A DNA stretch of 64,000 nt from Verrucomicrobiota bacterium (GCA_027622665.1 JAQBYT010000007.1:64001-128000); one strand, 5' to 3'; shown: positions 1 through 10,764, numbered from the stretch's first letter. Notes: generated from the letters alone by a model not told the origin. Numbers and translations: made by a program.

Positions 1-2
1 GT

Positions 3-3000
3 TCTGGAAGTTACTCATACGGCAGTCATGTAAACATTGAGGCTACTGCGGAACCGGGATACGCCTTCGACGGGTGGCTTGGGGGCGGAGTGGTTAACCC
101 GTCCGCTACCCACACGACCATATCCATGACTGAACCTCGTTCCGTCACCGCCACTTTTCGTTATGTCGGAGACCCGGGGAACATGCCGACCATTTCGGAA
201 TTTATGGCATCGAACGACAAGACCCTATTTTCCGCTTCGGGAGATTCGGATGACTGGATTGAGATTCACAATCCCGGAACAAATTCTATAGACTTGAGCG
301 ATTGGTACCTGACCAACGACCCCGCCAACCGAACTATGTGGCGCTTCCCGGATGAAACCACTCTCGGCGGGAACGATCGTCTCGTTGTCTTCGCCTCGGG
401 TTTAGGGTCAGCGGCAAACGCAGGTGGGTCGTTAACTCGCGCCTCCGACCTCCTTGCTCATTGGTCCTTCGACGAGGGAAGCGGTACGCTCGCCGCTGAC
501 CAGAGCGGCAACAACCACGACATCACAAGCATCGGTGGGGCTACATGGACCGACGGAAAGTTCGGCAAGGCGTTTTCCTACGATGGAGGTTCGACTGCTC
601 TGCCCTTGGCTGCACATCCTCCCGCCTCGGGGACCGAATTCTCCATATCGTTCTGGAGTTACGGTGACCCTGCAAAATTGCCGGGCAAGAATACCAGTAT
701 CATCGAATCCAGCGGGCCGAGTGGACGTATCTTGAATATCCATTTCCCTTGGAGCAATGGCAATGTCTACTGGGACGCAGGGAATGGTGGCAGCGACCGC
801 ATCAACACAGCCATTGCGGACAACTACCTCTGGGGAAACTGGTCGCATTGGGTATTCGTGCACAACCGGACTACGGGAGATCAGAAATATTACCTTAACG
901 GTTCGGCAAAAATGTCAGCTTCGGGCAGAACTCGACAACTCGGGACTGTAGATCGATGGTATCTTGGATCCGACCGTAACGGAAACAGTTCCTATTGGTA
1001 CGGCAAGGTGGATGACCTTCGGGTGTACGGGGTGGAACTTTCCGGTTCCGACGTCGAGTCAATCTATCGAGAGAACCCTTGGCGTACGCATACAACCTTC
1101 AAGCTCGATGCTTCAGGGGGGTATCTCGCACTCATCAAGGGCGACGGGACAGTTGGCAAGATTGTCAACTATCCAAAACAGGAAGAGGACTACTCCTACG
1201 GCATGCCTTCCAATCAGGTTATTCCTTCGGACTCCTATCTTAAGTTGGCAACACCTGGGAAGGAGAACGAAGAGGGATTCCTCGGTTTCGTTGCAGACAC
1301 CAAGTTCAATGTAGATCGAGGATTCTTCGAAACCCCTTTCACCCTTTCAATAACTACAGCCACTTCTGGAGCCACTATTCGTTACACTACCGATGGTTCC
1401 GCTCCGTCCGCTTCTTACGGGAATGTATACGTTGCCCCCTTCGCAATCAGCACCACCACCATAGTACGGGTCATTGCCTCCAAGCCGGACTATGTTACGA
1501 CCGACGTGGATACCCAGAGTTATTTCTTTCCCGAAGATGTTATTCGCCAGTCAGCCGACGGCTTTACTCCAGTGGGATGGCCCGCCACTGGTGCAGTCAA
1601 CAACCAGCAGATGGTCTACGGTATGGATCCCGACATCGTAACTGGGTTTAATACTCCGGTGGAAGTGAAAGAAGCTCTCCTTGCTCTTCCCACGCTATCT
1701 ATTGCCACCGAGTTGGATAATTTGTTCGGGCAATCGAACGGAATCTATGTGAACGCAGGTAATGATGGTCGATCTTGGGAAAGGCCAATGTCCCTGGAAC
1801 TTATTAATCCGGATGGAAGTAAAGGATTCCAAATCGATGCAGGGATGCGAATCAGAGGCGGATACAGTCGAAGCACTAGTAATCCGAAGCATTCCTTTCG
1901 TATCTTCTTTCGTAGCGAATATGGCCAAAGTAATCTACATTACCCCATGTTCGAGGATGAGGGTGTGGAGGAGTTCGACAAGTTCGACCTGCGCACTTCG
2001 CAGAACTACTCGTGGGCCTTCGGCGGGCCCGCGAACAATACCATGGTCCGTGAGGTCTGGAGCCGCGATACCCAGTCCGCCATGGGGCACCCCTATACGC
2101 GAAGTCGCTACTATCATCTTTACCTTAACGGAGTTTATTGGGGAATCTATATGACACAAGAGCGTGTCAGCGGTACCCTCGGAGAATCCTACCTTGGCGG
2201 CGATAAGGACGACTACGACACCGTTCACCAAGACAATTCCAAGCAAATTAACGCCACGGGAGGGAATCTCGAGGCTTATGACCGCCTTTGGCAGCGAACC
2301 ATTGATGGATGGACGGACAACGATGATTATTTCCAAGCCCAAGGTCTTGATGTCGATGGCAAGGCCAGTAACCCTGACTTTGAGAACCTTCTGGATGTCG
2401 ACAACCTCATCGACTACATGCTTATTGTCTACTACAATGGCGATCGAGACGGTCCTGCCTCCCGCTACACTACTCCCCGGGTGAACAACTATTACGCCTT
2501 TTACAACAGGGCCAACCCCGATGGCTGGAAGTTTCCCGCCCACGACATGGAGCACTCTCTGGGGCGAGGCGAGAACAACATGGTCACTCCACTGGCCAGC
2601 GACCATCAAGACCGAGACGAAAAAAAGTACTTTACCGCTCACTTTCTTCACGAACAACTTACCTCCAATCAGGAATACGTTATTCGTTTTGCCGACCGCT
2701 TTTATCTGAGACATTTCAACGATGGGGTCTTGTCGGAAGAAAATGCAAAAGCCCGAATTGCGTTTCGTTCGTCCCAAATCGACAAGGCTATCATCGCAGA
2801 ATCCGCCCGCTGGGGAGACACCAAGTCCGGCATCCCAAAGAATCGCAATGACTGGGTGAACAACGTGAAAATGGTCACGAACTGGATGACGGGCCGTAAC
2901 GCCGTCGTCCTGAATCAACTACGTACTACACGGATCAACGCGAGTTCCTCCTTTTGGTACCCGAGCATCGATCCACCGGGTTTCAGTCAACACGGCGGAC

Positions 3001-6000
3001 AAGTGGGCTCCTCCTTCCGCCTCAGTATGGCTGATCCCAACATGGCTCCAGTCGCCATCCATTATACTCTCGACGGATCCGATCCCCGACTCGTTGGGGG
3101 TACCATTTCGCCTGTGGCTCAAGTGGCCCAATCCAGTGGAATACAGAACACTCTCCTGCTTGATGCCGGTGTCCCCGCCAAGGCCTTCGTACCGACGAAT
3201 GATTCATGGGGGTCCGCTTGGTACCAACCTGGTTTCGACGATTCCGCATGGCAGTCTGGGTCGTCTGGCGTGGGTTACGATACTGCGACCACTTACCGTT
3301 CTCTCTTCGGCATCGATGTTTTATCCTCTATGCTGAACAAGAACACGAGTGTGTATTGTCGGGTTCCTTTCATCGCTACCAATTCCACGGAATTCACGAA
3401 TCTTACGCTCAAGATGAAGTATGACGATGGGTTCGTTGCCTATCTCAACGGCACAAAGGTTGCTTCTGCAAATGCTCCCTCAAACCCTGCATGGAATGGG
3501 AAATCCACCTCCAGTCATAGTGATTCCGCCGCCCAGCAATACATCTCCTTCGATCTGACGCCACATCTTGCCCATTTGCGCGAAGGCGTTAACATACTGG
3601 CCGTTCACGGACTAAACGTATCGACGGATAGTTCCGACATGCTTATCGTTCCCAGGCTCGAGGCAAGCAGACTCGTGGGCGGAACGGAAATCGCCCTACC
3701 TCACCATCTTACCCATGTGAAGGCACGCACCCGCACCACTTTGGGCGAATGGAGTGCCCTCCACGAAGCGACCTTCCAAGTGGACGTCGTACCCGCCGCG
3801 GGCGACAATCTATTAATTTCAGAAATCATGTACAATCCATCCGGGACGGGAGGTTCCGAGTATGTCGAGGTTCGTAATGTAGGACCTTTCCGTATCGACC
3901 TAACTGGAGTTACCTTGGGCGGAGCCTTCGACGATTTTACCTTCGGTTCTCTTACCCTCGCTTCAGGCGAGAGCGCCGTTGTCGTCCAAGATGTCGCCGG
4001 CTTCAACGCCCGATACCTCGACCCCGTCTCTCCTTATTACGCCCCTGGCATCGTGGTGGCCGGCCAATGGCCGGAAGGCAAGTTGAACAATGGAGGAGAA
4101 ATGATCGCCTTGACCGACGTGAAGGGGGCAGATATCCTCACCTTTCAGTACGACGACGGAGGGAATTGGCCAAATCGCACCGACGGACGAGGTAGTTCGC
4201 TCATCCTGCCGAATCCTACCAGCCTTGCCGGCATGACTCTCGCCGAACGCAACGTTTATCTTGCCGACGGCGACAATTGGAAATCCTCCACGGGCTTCCA
4301 CGGGAATCCCGGCACCGCCGAAGTAACCGGCACCGGAACCCCGCCAGTTCTAATCAGCGAAATTCTCACACACACGGATTCTCCCCTTGTTGATGCTATC
4401 GAACTGCACAATCCAAGTTCCCAACCCGTCGACTTGAGTGGCTGGCGCCTCACCGAATCGTCTTCAAGTCTGCAGGGCTTTCGTATCCCCGACGGCACTG
4501 TCATTGCGCCTAGCGGTTACCTTGTTTTTGATGAAACCGACTTTAATCCCAATGGCCTTTGGAATCCCAACGCCGGGCCTCGTGGTTCCGATGAATTCGC
4601 TCTCAGCGGTGCCCGCGGTGGAGACATCTGGCTCATCGAGGCTGATGGTGCTGGCAACCTGCTTGCCTTCGTTGACCATGTTGAGTTCGGGGCTTCGTTA
4701 AACGGTGTTTCATTCGGGCGTTGGCCGAACGGTTCCGCGGGAAAACTCTATCCGATGAAGGAGCGTTCCCTCTTTGATGAAGCCACAGGTACCTACCCAC
4801 CCCAAAAACGTGGTGGTCCGAATCCCGGAGCCATGCGGGGGCAGATAATGATAAGCGAAATTATGTACAATCCACCTGACGGGAATGTGGATTTGGAGTT
4901 CGTTGAATTGTACAACTCCAGTAATTCCTCAGTATCCCTTTCGGGTTGGGATTTAGACAGGGGCGTAGATTTTACCTTTTCCGCCGGAACCTTGCTTAAG
5001 CCCGGACAATCTCTCGTGGTGGTCGGCTTCGATCTCAATGCCACCGAAAAACTTACAGCCTTCCGGCTCGCCTATGGCATCGGTCCCGAAGTTGTTCTCG
5101 TCGGAGGTTGGCAGGGCAAACTTAACAACGGAGGCGAAACCATTTCCCTCCTTCGGCCTGATGCACCGCCAGCCGACGATCCCACTTACACACCAATGGT
5201 TATTGAAGAAAGCGTCACCTATTCGAACCTTCCCCCGTGGCCCATCCAAGCTGATGGCAACGGAACTTCTCTCGTTCGCAGCAAGCGGGACAGTTGGTCG
5301 GACGATGTGCAAAGCTGGGCAAATTCAACAGGAACTCCCTCTCCGGGACCTTCGTCAAGTCTCAATAATCCGCCTACCTTTACGAGCGAATTCCCGACCG
5401 CGAAGATAGCTGTCGGAGCGTTGTTCAGCCACCGATTCGTCGCCTCTGACCCCGATGGGAATATCCTCAGCTTCTCCTCGCCTTCCACTCCCTTTTGGCT
5501 GAACTTTAGGGACGAGGCTAACGGTTCGGCCATCCTTTGGGGCAACCCGCCACCCTATGTGGTTGGGGCTCACACTGTTGTTGTTGAAGTTTCCGATGGC
5601 ATCGCGGACCCCATCGAGAAAATCTTCGTTTTGACGGTAGAGGACCAGACCTCGCCAATTCTCACATTGCGGGGGGCCGCTAACCTCGTGCACGAAGCGG
5701 GCACTCTCTATGTCGATCCCGGAGTTATTGCCGTGGATGCGGTCGACGGTGACTTGTCGACTAAGGTAAAGGTCGTCAACCCCGTGAACATAAGTAATCC
5801 GGGAACCTATGTCGTTAGTTACTCGGTGAGTGACCAAGTGGGCAATGAAGCGATGGCGCTCTCGAGAACCGTGGTCGTTGCCGATACGAAACCGCCTGTT
5901 ATGGATTTGATCGGAGGTGTCGCTCTAACGCACGAAGGAGCTATCACTTTTACCGACCCCGGAGCTTATGCCTTTGATATTCTTGATGGAAACCTCACCA

Positions 6001-9000
6001 CAAAGATTACCGTTACGGGTGTAGTCGATGTAAATGTCACGGGGACGTACCAGCTGACATATGGAGCTATTGATGATGCAAATAATTCGGCAACGCCTGT
6101 GATCCGGACGATTGCCGTGGTCGATACCACGCCCCCCATTCTAGCTCTCATAGGCTCGCCCTCCGTTCAGCTCTTTCTCGGTTCAACTTTCATTGATCCC
6201 GGAACCGTCGCAGTTGATGCTTTGGATGGCAATCTTACGAACGACGTAGTTATTTCTGGCGTGGTGGATATAGACGTAGCTGGATTCTACTCGCTTCATT
6301 ACAATGTAAACGATGCCTCGGGGAACGGAGCTCAGACGGTTTCTCGAACCGTTACAGTTGTTGGCATCCCGCCGCCTGTTATCACCTTGCGGGGCGGGGC
6401 TACAGTTGTTCTTGACGAGGGCGAACCATATGCAGAATTAGGTTTTTTCGCCGAAGATTCACTGGACGGTAATCTGACTGCGACCGTTGTGGTTGGCGGG
6501 GACACGGTGGATGCAAACCGACCCGGTTCCTATTTCGTGACCTACGACGTGATGAATTCTAGGGCAGTAGGCGCCACCGAAGCCATCCGCAAGGTGATCG
6601 TGCGTGACGTCACAGCGCCAGTTCTCACTTTGTCAGGTTCGGACGCAATCGTTCACGAGGTAGTTACCCCTTTCTTTGACCCTGGAGCCATCGCCAACGA
6701 TGTTACCGATGGAAACCTGACTGGGATCATTATTGTAGGAGGTGATATTGTGGACAGCAACCATTTAGGTCTCTACACTATCACCTACGATGCTTCCGAC
6801 AAGGCGGGCAACTTTGCCGCAACTCTAACCCGTACCGTAACGGTCAGGGATGGCGCCGCTCCCGTGGTTACCCTCCTCGGTGAGTCGAACGCCACCCATG
6901 AAGCCGGAACACCCTACCATGACTTTGGAGCAACCGCCTACGACGCCTTCAATGGAGATCTTTCCGACGCCATAAGTGTTTCAGGGGATGTCAATGCATT
7001 CCAGCCTGGACTCTATTTTCTCACCTACTCCGTTTCGGATCCGGCGGGCAACGTCGGGCAAGTCGTTAGAGTGGTTAATGTTGTCGACACCATGCCGCCC
7101 GTCCTCAAGTTGCTCGGCGAACTTAATGCGACTTTCGAGGCTGGGTTCGGTCTAGGATCCCTCGATTTCAGTGCTGTTGCTCAAGACATTTTGGATGGGA
7201 ACCTAACAGATTTAATCATCGTTTCGAGCAATGTGAATGACCATGTCCAAGGAGATTATGTTATCGGTTACTCAGTTTTCGATAAGGCGGGCAATGCTGC
7301 TCTCCCTCGGGAACGTATCGTTCGTATTAGGGATACTCTACCTCCTGTCCTTAGCATCTTTGGGGGAGAGGAGATCACCCTCCAACCAGGTTCCCTCTGG
7401 ATCGACCCCGGCGTGGCAGCCTTCGACCTTGCGGACGGCAACTTAGCCGACAATATTCTCGTTCTTGGCGCGGTGAACGTAAATAGCATCGGTGACTACG
7501 AGCTAAGCTACTCGGTCTCCGATAAAGCGGGGAACGCCGCGTTCACTCTCACTCGTCTCGTCAAGGTTCTCAGCTTGGCATCACCCGTCATTACCCTGCT
7601 CGGGCCCGATACGGTTACCCTCGACCAAGGCACTGCCTTTGTGGATCCCGGATTCATCGCCCAAGATCCGTTCGACGGCAACCTCACCCACCTTGTCCGA
7701 TCCTACGACAATCTCGACGTGAGCGTGCCCGGCATCCATCATATCGCTTATTTCGTGACCAACGCTTCCGGACTTTCCTCTGAGGAAGCTGTTCGCACGA
7801 TTATCATAAATGATCTTAATGACGCACCAGCAACCAATGGCGTCGAAGCCTTCTTCTCCCCGATACGCGAAGACATAGGAAGTGGAGCCGAAAATACCGG
7901 CGATACGGTATCCTCTCTTGTTGAAGGTATAACAGATCTCGACTCCAATGCAGTTTTCGGCTTCGCCCTTGTCGCAATCGATGATTCCAACGGTACTTGG
8001 CAATACTCTCTCGACGGAGGCAAAGCTTATTTCTCAGTCGACGACATTACTCAAGCCAACGCCCTCCTTCTACATGCAGACGATCCAAAGACTCTTCTTC
8101 GGTTCGTACCACGGAGCGAATTTTTTGGTACAGCCTCACTCACCTTCCGAGCTTGGGACCAAACCGTAGGTGCCAATGGAGAACGTTTTACTATAGTTGA
8201 AACTGGTGGTCATTCCGCATTCAGTTCGGATGTTGCTCTTGCTGCTATCAAGATCGAGCCTTCGCCTGACTCACCTTTCTTCACTACTCACCCCATTCTG
8301 CGCGGCAAGGCTCTTTCGAACTACTCCTACACTGTTACTGTCATTCATCCGGACGGCGAAGACTTCAGCCTTCATGCCGTCGCCTTGCCCCAATGGCTCT
8401 CCTTCGAGTTAAACGCAGACGGTTCAGCTACTCTTACTGGTATACCCGCGGTTGGAGACGTGGGTGCTCATGCCGTTATCCTGAAAGCTACCGATGCATC
8501 GGGCAAATTTTCGGAGCAAAGCTTTGCCATCGCCGTGTCCTCAGGCAAAGTCTTCGATCTCGAATATGGTTGGAATGGGCTCGACTGGTTCGGGCAGTTC
8601 TACGTGTCTTCCAAAACTTGGATCTACCATCCCAACCACGGTTGGCTTTTCCCCGGAGAAAAAGCAGGAAGCAATGAAGAGGGCATCTGGTTTTGGTCGG
8701 AAAGCCTTGGCTGGCACTGGACCCGCGAGGACGTGTACCCCTATCTCTATATTCGCCGCAGACAACGTTCTGCCCAAGACGTATATCGTACCGACGAACT
8801 CTTTACCGCATTTGGCTGGTTCTTTTATCAACGGGAATCTCATCACCCCCGCTTATTCTTCGACTACGAGATACACGATTGGATGGCGGAATCGCGCTTT
8901 GCTCCAGTCCTTGTAAATGCCAATCTTAACGACTCTCGCGGTGGCATTGTGACAGGTGCCGGTTATCATGGACACGGAGATGCAGTCACTCTCGTTGCCG

Positions 9001-9152
9001 AGGCGAATTCAGGCTATAAGTTCTTGAATTGGAATGGGGCGATACAAGGCGAATCCCCCTCCCTCACTTTTACCATTACACGAAACATTTCCCTGACTGC
9101 CAACTTCGAGAAACTTTCCGATGAGGAAATTCTTGAAGGGGTTTTCGATTAA
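3..9152 (+). CDS. Giant secreted multidomain protein, 5' end outside the window: InlB-B/Flg_new-like repeat, lamin-tail domains (LTD), LamG, FN3-associated/chitobiase-like, CotH kinase, putative Ig domains, nine DUF5011-type Ig repeats, Trp-rich C-terminal domain
   Basis: Frame is open from position 3 (SGSYSYGSHVNIEATAEPGYAFDGW). LTD motifs ISEFMASN..DWIEIHN and ISEIMYNP..EYVEVRN. LamG WSFDEGSG..GKVDDLRVY. CotH motifs GMRIRGGYSR, KHSFRIFF, YWGIYMTQER, DRDG..NNYY, DMEHSLG. Nine D-x-x-x-P-V-I-T-L-x-G repeats at ~5640-7810. Confidence 0.9.
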   Translation, partial: SGSYSYGSHVNIEATAEPGYAFDGWLGGGVVNPSATHTTISMTEPRSVTATFRYVGDPGNMPTISEFMASNDKTLFSASGDSDDWIEIHNPGTNSIDLSDWYLTNDPANRTMWRFPDETTLGGNDRLVVFASGLGSAANAGGSLTRASDLLAHWSFDEGSGTLAADQSGNNHDITSIGGATWTDGKFGKAFSYDGGSTALPLAAHPPASGTEFSISFWSYGDPAKLPGKNTSIIESSGPSGRILNIHFPWSNGNVYWDAGNGGSDRINTAIADNYLWGNWSHWVFVHNRTTGDQKYYLNGSAKMSASGRTRQLGTVDRWYLGSDRNGNSSYWYGKVDDLRVYGVELSGSDVESIYRENPWRTHTTFKLDASGGYLALIKGDGTVGKIVNYPKQEEDYSYGMPSNQVIPSDSYLKLATPGKENEEGFLGFVADTKFNVDRGFFETPFTLSITTATSGATIRYTTDGSAPSASYGNVYVAPFAISTTTIVRVIASKPDYVTTDVDTQSYFFPEDVIRQSADGFTPVGWPATGAVNNQQMVYGMDPDIVTGFNTPVEVKEALLALPTLSIATELDNLFGQSNGIYVNAGNDGRSWERPMSLELINPDGSKGFQIDAGMRIRGGYSRSTSNPKHSFRIFFRSEYGQSNLHYPMFEDEGVEEFDKFDLRTSQNYSWAFGGPANNTMVREVWSRDTQSAMGHPYTRSRYYHLYLNGVYWGIYMTQERVSGTLGESYLGGDKDDYDTVHQDNSKQINATGGNLEAYDRLWQRTIDGWTDNDDYFQAQGLDVDGKASNPDFENLLDVDNLIDYMLIVYYNGDRDGPASRYTTPRVNNYYAFYNRANPDGWKFPAHDMEHSLGRGENNMVTPLASDHQDRDEKKYFTAHFLHEQLTSNQEYVIRFADRFYLRHFNDGVLSEENAKARIAFRSSQIDKAIIAESARWGDTKSGIPKNRNDWVNNVKMVTNWMTGRNAVVLNQLRTTRINASSSFWYPSIDPPGFSQHGGQVGSSFRLSMADPNMAPVAIHYTLDGSDPRLVGGTISPVAQVAQSSGIQNTLLLDAGVPAKAFVPTNDSWGSAWYQPGFDDSAWQSGSSGVGYDTATTYRSLFGIDVLSSMLNKNTSVYCRVPFIATNSTEFTNLTLKMKYDDGFVAYLNGTKVASANAPSNPAWNGKSTSSHSDSAAQQYISFDLTPHLAHLREGVNILAVHGLNVSTDSSDMLIVPRLEASRLVGGTEIALPHHLTHVKARTRTTLGEWSALHEATFQVDVVPAAGDNLLISEIMYNPSGTGGSEYVEVRNVGPFRIDLTGVTLGGAFDDFTFGSLTLASGESAVVVQDVAGFNARYLDPVSPYYAPGIVVAGQWPEGKLNNGGEMIALTDVKGADILTFQYDDGGNWPNRTDGRGSSLILPNPTSLAGMTLAERNVYLADGDNWKSSTGFHGNPGTAEVTGTGTPPVLISEILTHTDSPLVDAIELHNPSSQPVDLSGWRLTESSSSLQGFRIPDGTVIAPSGYLVFDETDFNPNGLWNPNAGPRGSDEFALSGARGGDIWLIEADGAGNLLAFVDHVEFGASLNGVSFGRWPNGSAGKLYPMKERSLFDEATGTYPPQKRGGPNPGAMRGQIMISEIMYNPPDGNVDLEFVELYNSSNSSVSLSGWDLDRGVDFTFSAGTLLKPGQSLVVVGFDLNATEKLTAFRLAYGIGPEVVLVGGWQGKLNNGGETISLLRPDAPPADDPTYTPMVIEESVTYSNLPPWPIQADGNGTSLVRSKRDSWSDDVQSWANSTGTPSPGPSSSLNNPPTFTSEFPTAKIAVGALFSHRFVASDPDGNILSFSSPSTPFWLNFRDEANGSAILWGNPPPYVVGAHTVVVEVSDGIADPIEKIFVLTVEDQTSPILTLRGAANLVHEAGTLYVDPGVIAVDAVDGDLSTKVKVVNPVNISNPGTYVVSYSVSDQVGNEAMALSRTVVVADTKPPVMDLIGGVALTHEGAITFTDPGAYAFDILDGNLTTKITVTGVVDVNVTGTYQLTYGAIDDANNSATPVIRTIAVVDTTPPILALIGSPSVQLFLGSTFIDPGTVAVDALDGNLTNDVVISGVVDIDVAGFYSLHYNVNDASGNGAQTVSRTVTVVGIPPPVITLRGGATVVLDEGEPYAELGFFAEDSLDGNLTATVVVGGDTVDANRPGSYFVTYDVMNSRAVGATEAIRKVIVRDVTAPVLTLSGSDAIVHEVVTPFFDPGAIANDVTDGNLTGIIIVGGDIVDSNHLGLYTITYDASDKAGNFAATLTRTVTVRDGAAPVVTLLGESNATHEAGTPYHDFGATAYDAFNGDLSDAISVSGDVNAFQPGLYFLTYSVSDPAGNVGQVVRVVNVVDTMPPVLKLLGELNATFEAGFGLGSLDFSAVAQDILDGNLTDLIIVSSNVNDHVQGDYVIGYSVFDKAGNAALPRERIVRIRDTLPPVLSIFGGEEITLQPGSLWIDPGVAAFDLADGNLADNILVLGAVNVNSIGDYELSYSVSDKAGNAAFTLTRLVKVLSLASPVITLLGPDTVTLDQGTAFVDPGFIAQDPFDGNLTHLVRSYDNLDVSVPGIHHIAYFVTNASGLSSEEAVRTIIINDLNDAPATNGVEAFFSPIREDIGSGAENTGDTVSSLVEGITDLDSNAVFGFALVAIDDSNGTWQYSLDGGKAYFSVDDITQANALLLHADDPKTLLRFVPRSEFFGTASLTFRAWDQTVGANGERFTIVETGGHSAFSSDVALAAIKIEPSPDSPFFTTHPILRGKALSNYSYTVTVIHPDGEDFSLHAVALPQWLSFELNADGSATLTGIPAVGDVGAHAVILKATDASGKFSEQSFAIAVSSGKVFDLEYGWNGLDWFGQFYVSSKTWIYHPNHGWLFPGEKAGSNEEGIWFWSESLGWHWTREDVYPYLYIRRRQRSAQDVYRTDELFTAFGWFFYQRESHHPRLFFDYEIHDWMAESRFAPVLVNANLNDSRGGIVTGAGYHGHGDAVTLVAEANSGYKFLNWNGAIQGESPSLTFTITRNISLTANFEKLSDEEILEGVFD
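5644..7810 (+). repeat. Nine tandem ~80-aa DUF5011/Ig-like repeats within the giant CDS
   Basis: Units start DQTSP, DTKPP, DTTPP, GIPPP, DVTAP, DGAAP, DTMPP, DTLPP and SLASP. Most contain DPG-x-x-A-x-D-x-x-DG(N/D)L and Y-x-V-x-D-x-AGN. Confidence 0.85.
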
Positions 9153-9441
9153 AAGGGTTGACATGGTTTTTCGTTTCAATGCATCCTCTCCTTGAGGACA
9201 ATTGCTTTTGTCACGGTAAAAACACGGCTTTGCTAATTGAGTCTACTGCTATTTCCCAATGGGTGAGCATTTGGGCATTATAAAATTGGCTCCTTCTTGT
9301 AATAGCCAAATCCTCTTGATTTAGATATCATGGTAATATTCAGACAACGAATCACTGTACGCTTTGCCCATATGCTTTAACATATTGAAAAAAATCCAAT
9401 AATTTCAGAAGTTCACTCGTAAGTATTTTCCGAGAGTTGTC

Positions 9442-10764
9442 ATGCAGATTTACATTCATAAGGATGGTCGCAAAAGCGGACCATTCACCCTCGAACAACT
9501 ACGAGAGAAAGTTCTCCAAGGTTCTTTTACCGAGCAGGATTATGCCTGTCACGATCATCGGAACTGGGTAACTATTGGCCAAGTCCCCGGATATGTTCTC
9601 GGAGTTCAATCACACCAGCAGCAACAAGATGCACTTGGTACGGAAGCTCAAGGTGGGAATGTTCGGTCTGTCGGTGCGAGCCTAGATTCACGAAGGAAGG
9701 ATTTGTGCTCAGTTCCTTCGATGGGGAAGGCCATTCGCAGCACAACCAACAACAAAAAGCCGAAGAGACATCAGCTTGTCTTTTCGGGATCAGGTTCCGA
9801 ATTTTTCGGCATCTGGATCGTCAACACCTTGCTCAGCATCGTTACTCTTGGGATTTACTCGGCTTGGGCCAAAGTGCGGACGACAAACTATTTCTACGGG
9901 AGCACCAGCCTAGCCGGTTCCTCCTTCGCCTATGTGGCGAATCCGGTGGCTATTCTGAAGGGTCGTATAATCGCATTCGTTTTCTTCCTTCTCTACATGC
10001 TCCTTTCTCAGGTGGAACCACTTCTGGTTATCCCTCTGATGCTACTGATCTTTTTCTTGGCCCCTGTGATTATCGTTCGCTCCCTTCGGTTCAGAATGCG
10101 GAACACGGAATACCGGGGTCTGCGTTTCGGTTTCGCGGGCACGACCGGGGAATCGTACGGGGTATTCGTCGGCGGTCTCCTGTTGTCCTATATAACCGCG
10201 GGCATTCTGTTCCCTTGGTTTTACATGCGACAAAAGCAGTTTTACATCGGCAACGTCCAGTTTGGTGGCTCGCAGTTTCTGTGCATGCCGAGGACGGGAC
10301 ACTTTTATGCCTGTGTAGGCATTTGCTTTGCGATGGTCTTTGGCGCGGCTCTGTTCTTTGTCGTCGTGGCCGTCGCCTTTGAAGCCATTACTTCCGGCAC
10401 AGGTCTGCTTTTCACCACCTTGGTGCCTTTGTGCATTTATCCCATGATGGGTGTAGTCAGTGCCTACTGGCATGCAAACACGACCAACCACGTCATCACT
10501 TCCAGTCGACTGGAAGATATCACCTTCGAAAGTCGGTTGACCACAGGAGGCCTCATCGGTTTGTGGGTGACCAATATCTTGTTGCTGGTCTTTACCTTAG
10601 GTCTGGCCACGCCTTGGGTCATGATCCGCAATGCCCGTTACCGCATCTCTTGCACCTCGATCATAGCTCACGACCTAGATTCTTTCGTCGCCGAGAAGAT
10701 CGATTCCACTTCCGCTCTCGGGAACGAACTGAGCGAGGCTTTCGACGTCGACTTGGCGATATGA
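9442..10764 (+). CDS. YjgN/DUF898 family inner-membrane protein with N-terminal GYF_2-like (DUF4339) domain
   Basis: N-terminus IYIHKDGRKSGPFTLEQL..W. YjgN signature FSGSGSEFFGIWIVNTLLSIVTLGIYSAWAKVR. Multiple TM helices. Confidence 0.85.
   Translation: MQIYIHKDGRKSGPFTLEQLREKVLQGSFTEQDYACHDHRNWVTIGQVPGYVLGVQSHQQQQDALGTEAQGGNVRSVGASLDSRRKDLCSVPSMGKAIRSTTNNKKPKRHQLVFSGSGSEFFGIWIVNTLLSIVTLGIYSAWAKVRTTNYFYGSTSLAGSSFAYVANPVAILKGRIIAFVFFLLYMLLSQVEPLLVIPLMLLIFFLAPVIIVRSLRFRMRNTEYRGLRFGFAGTTGESYGVFVGGLLLSYITAGILFPWFYMRQKQFYIGNVQFGGSQFLCMPRTGHFYACVGICFAMVFGAALFFVVVAVAFEAITSGTGLLFTTLVPLCIYPMMGVVSAYWHANTTNHVITSSRLEDITFESRLTTGGLIGLWVTNILLLVFTLGLATPWVMIRNARYRISCTSIIAHDLDSFVAEKIDSTSALGNELSEAFDVDLAI

Noticed and set aside
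9158..9190. Sigma70 promoter at TTGACA (9158-9163)
   Set aside because: The -35 is perfect but the -10 is weak (CATCCT) and ~260 bp from the next start; not supportable without TSS data.
10431..10760. Upstream ORF-track extensions of M48 (also hemA, sucC, cdsA-like, eda, OYE, SGNH)
   Set aside because: They overlap neighbouring genes or lack homology-like content; downstream starts fit family N-termini and gene coupling better.
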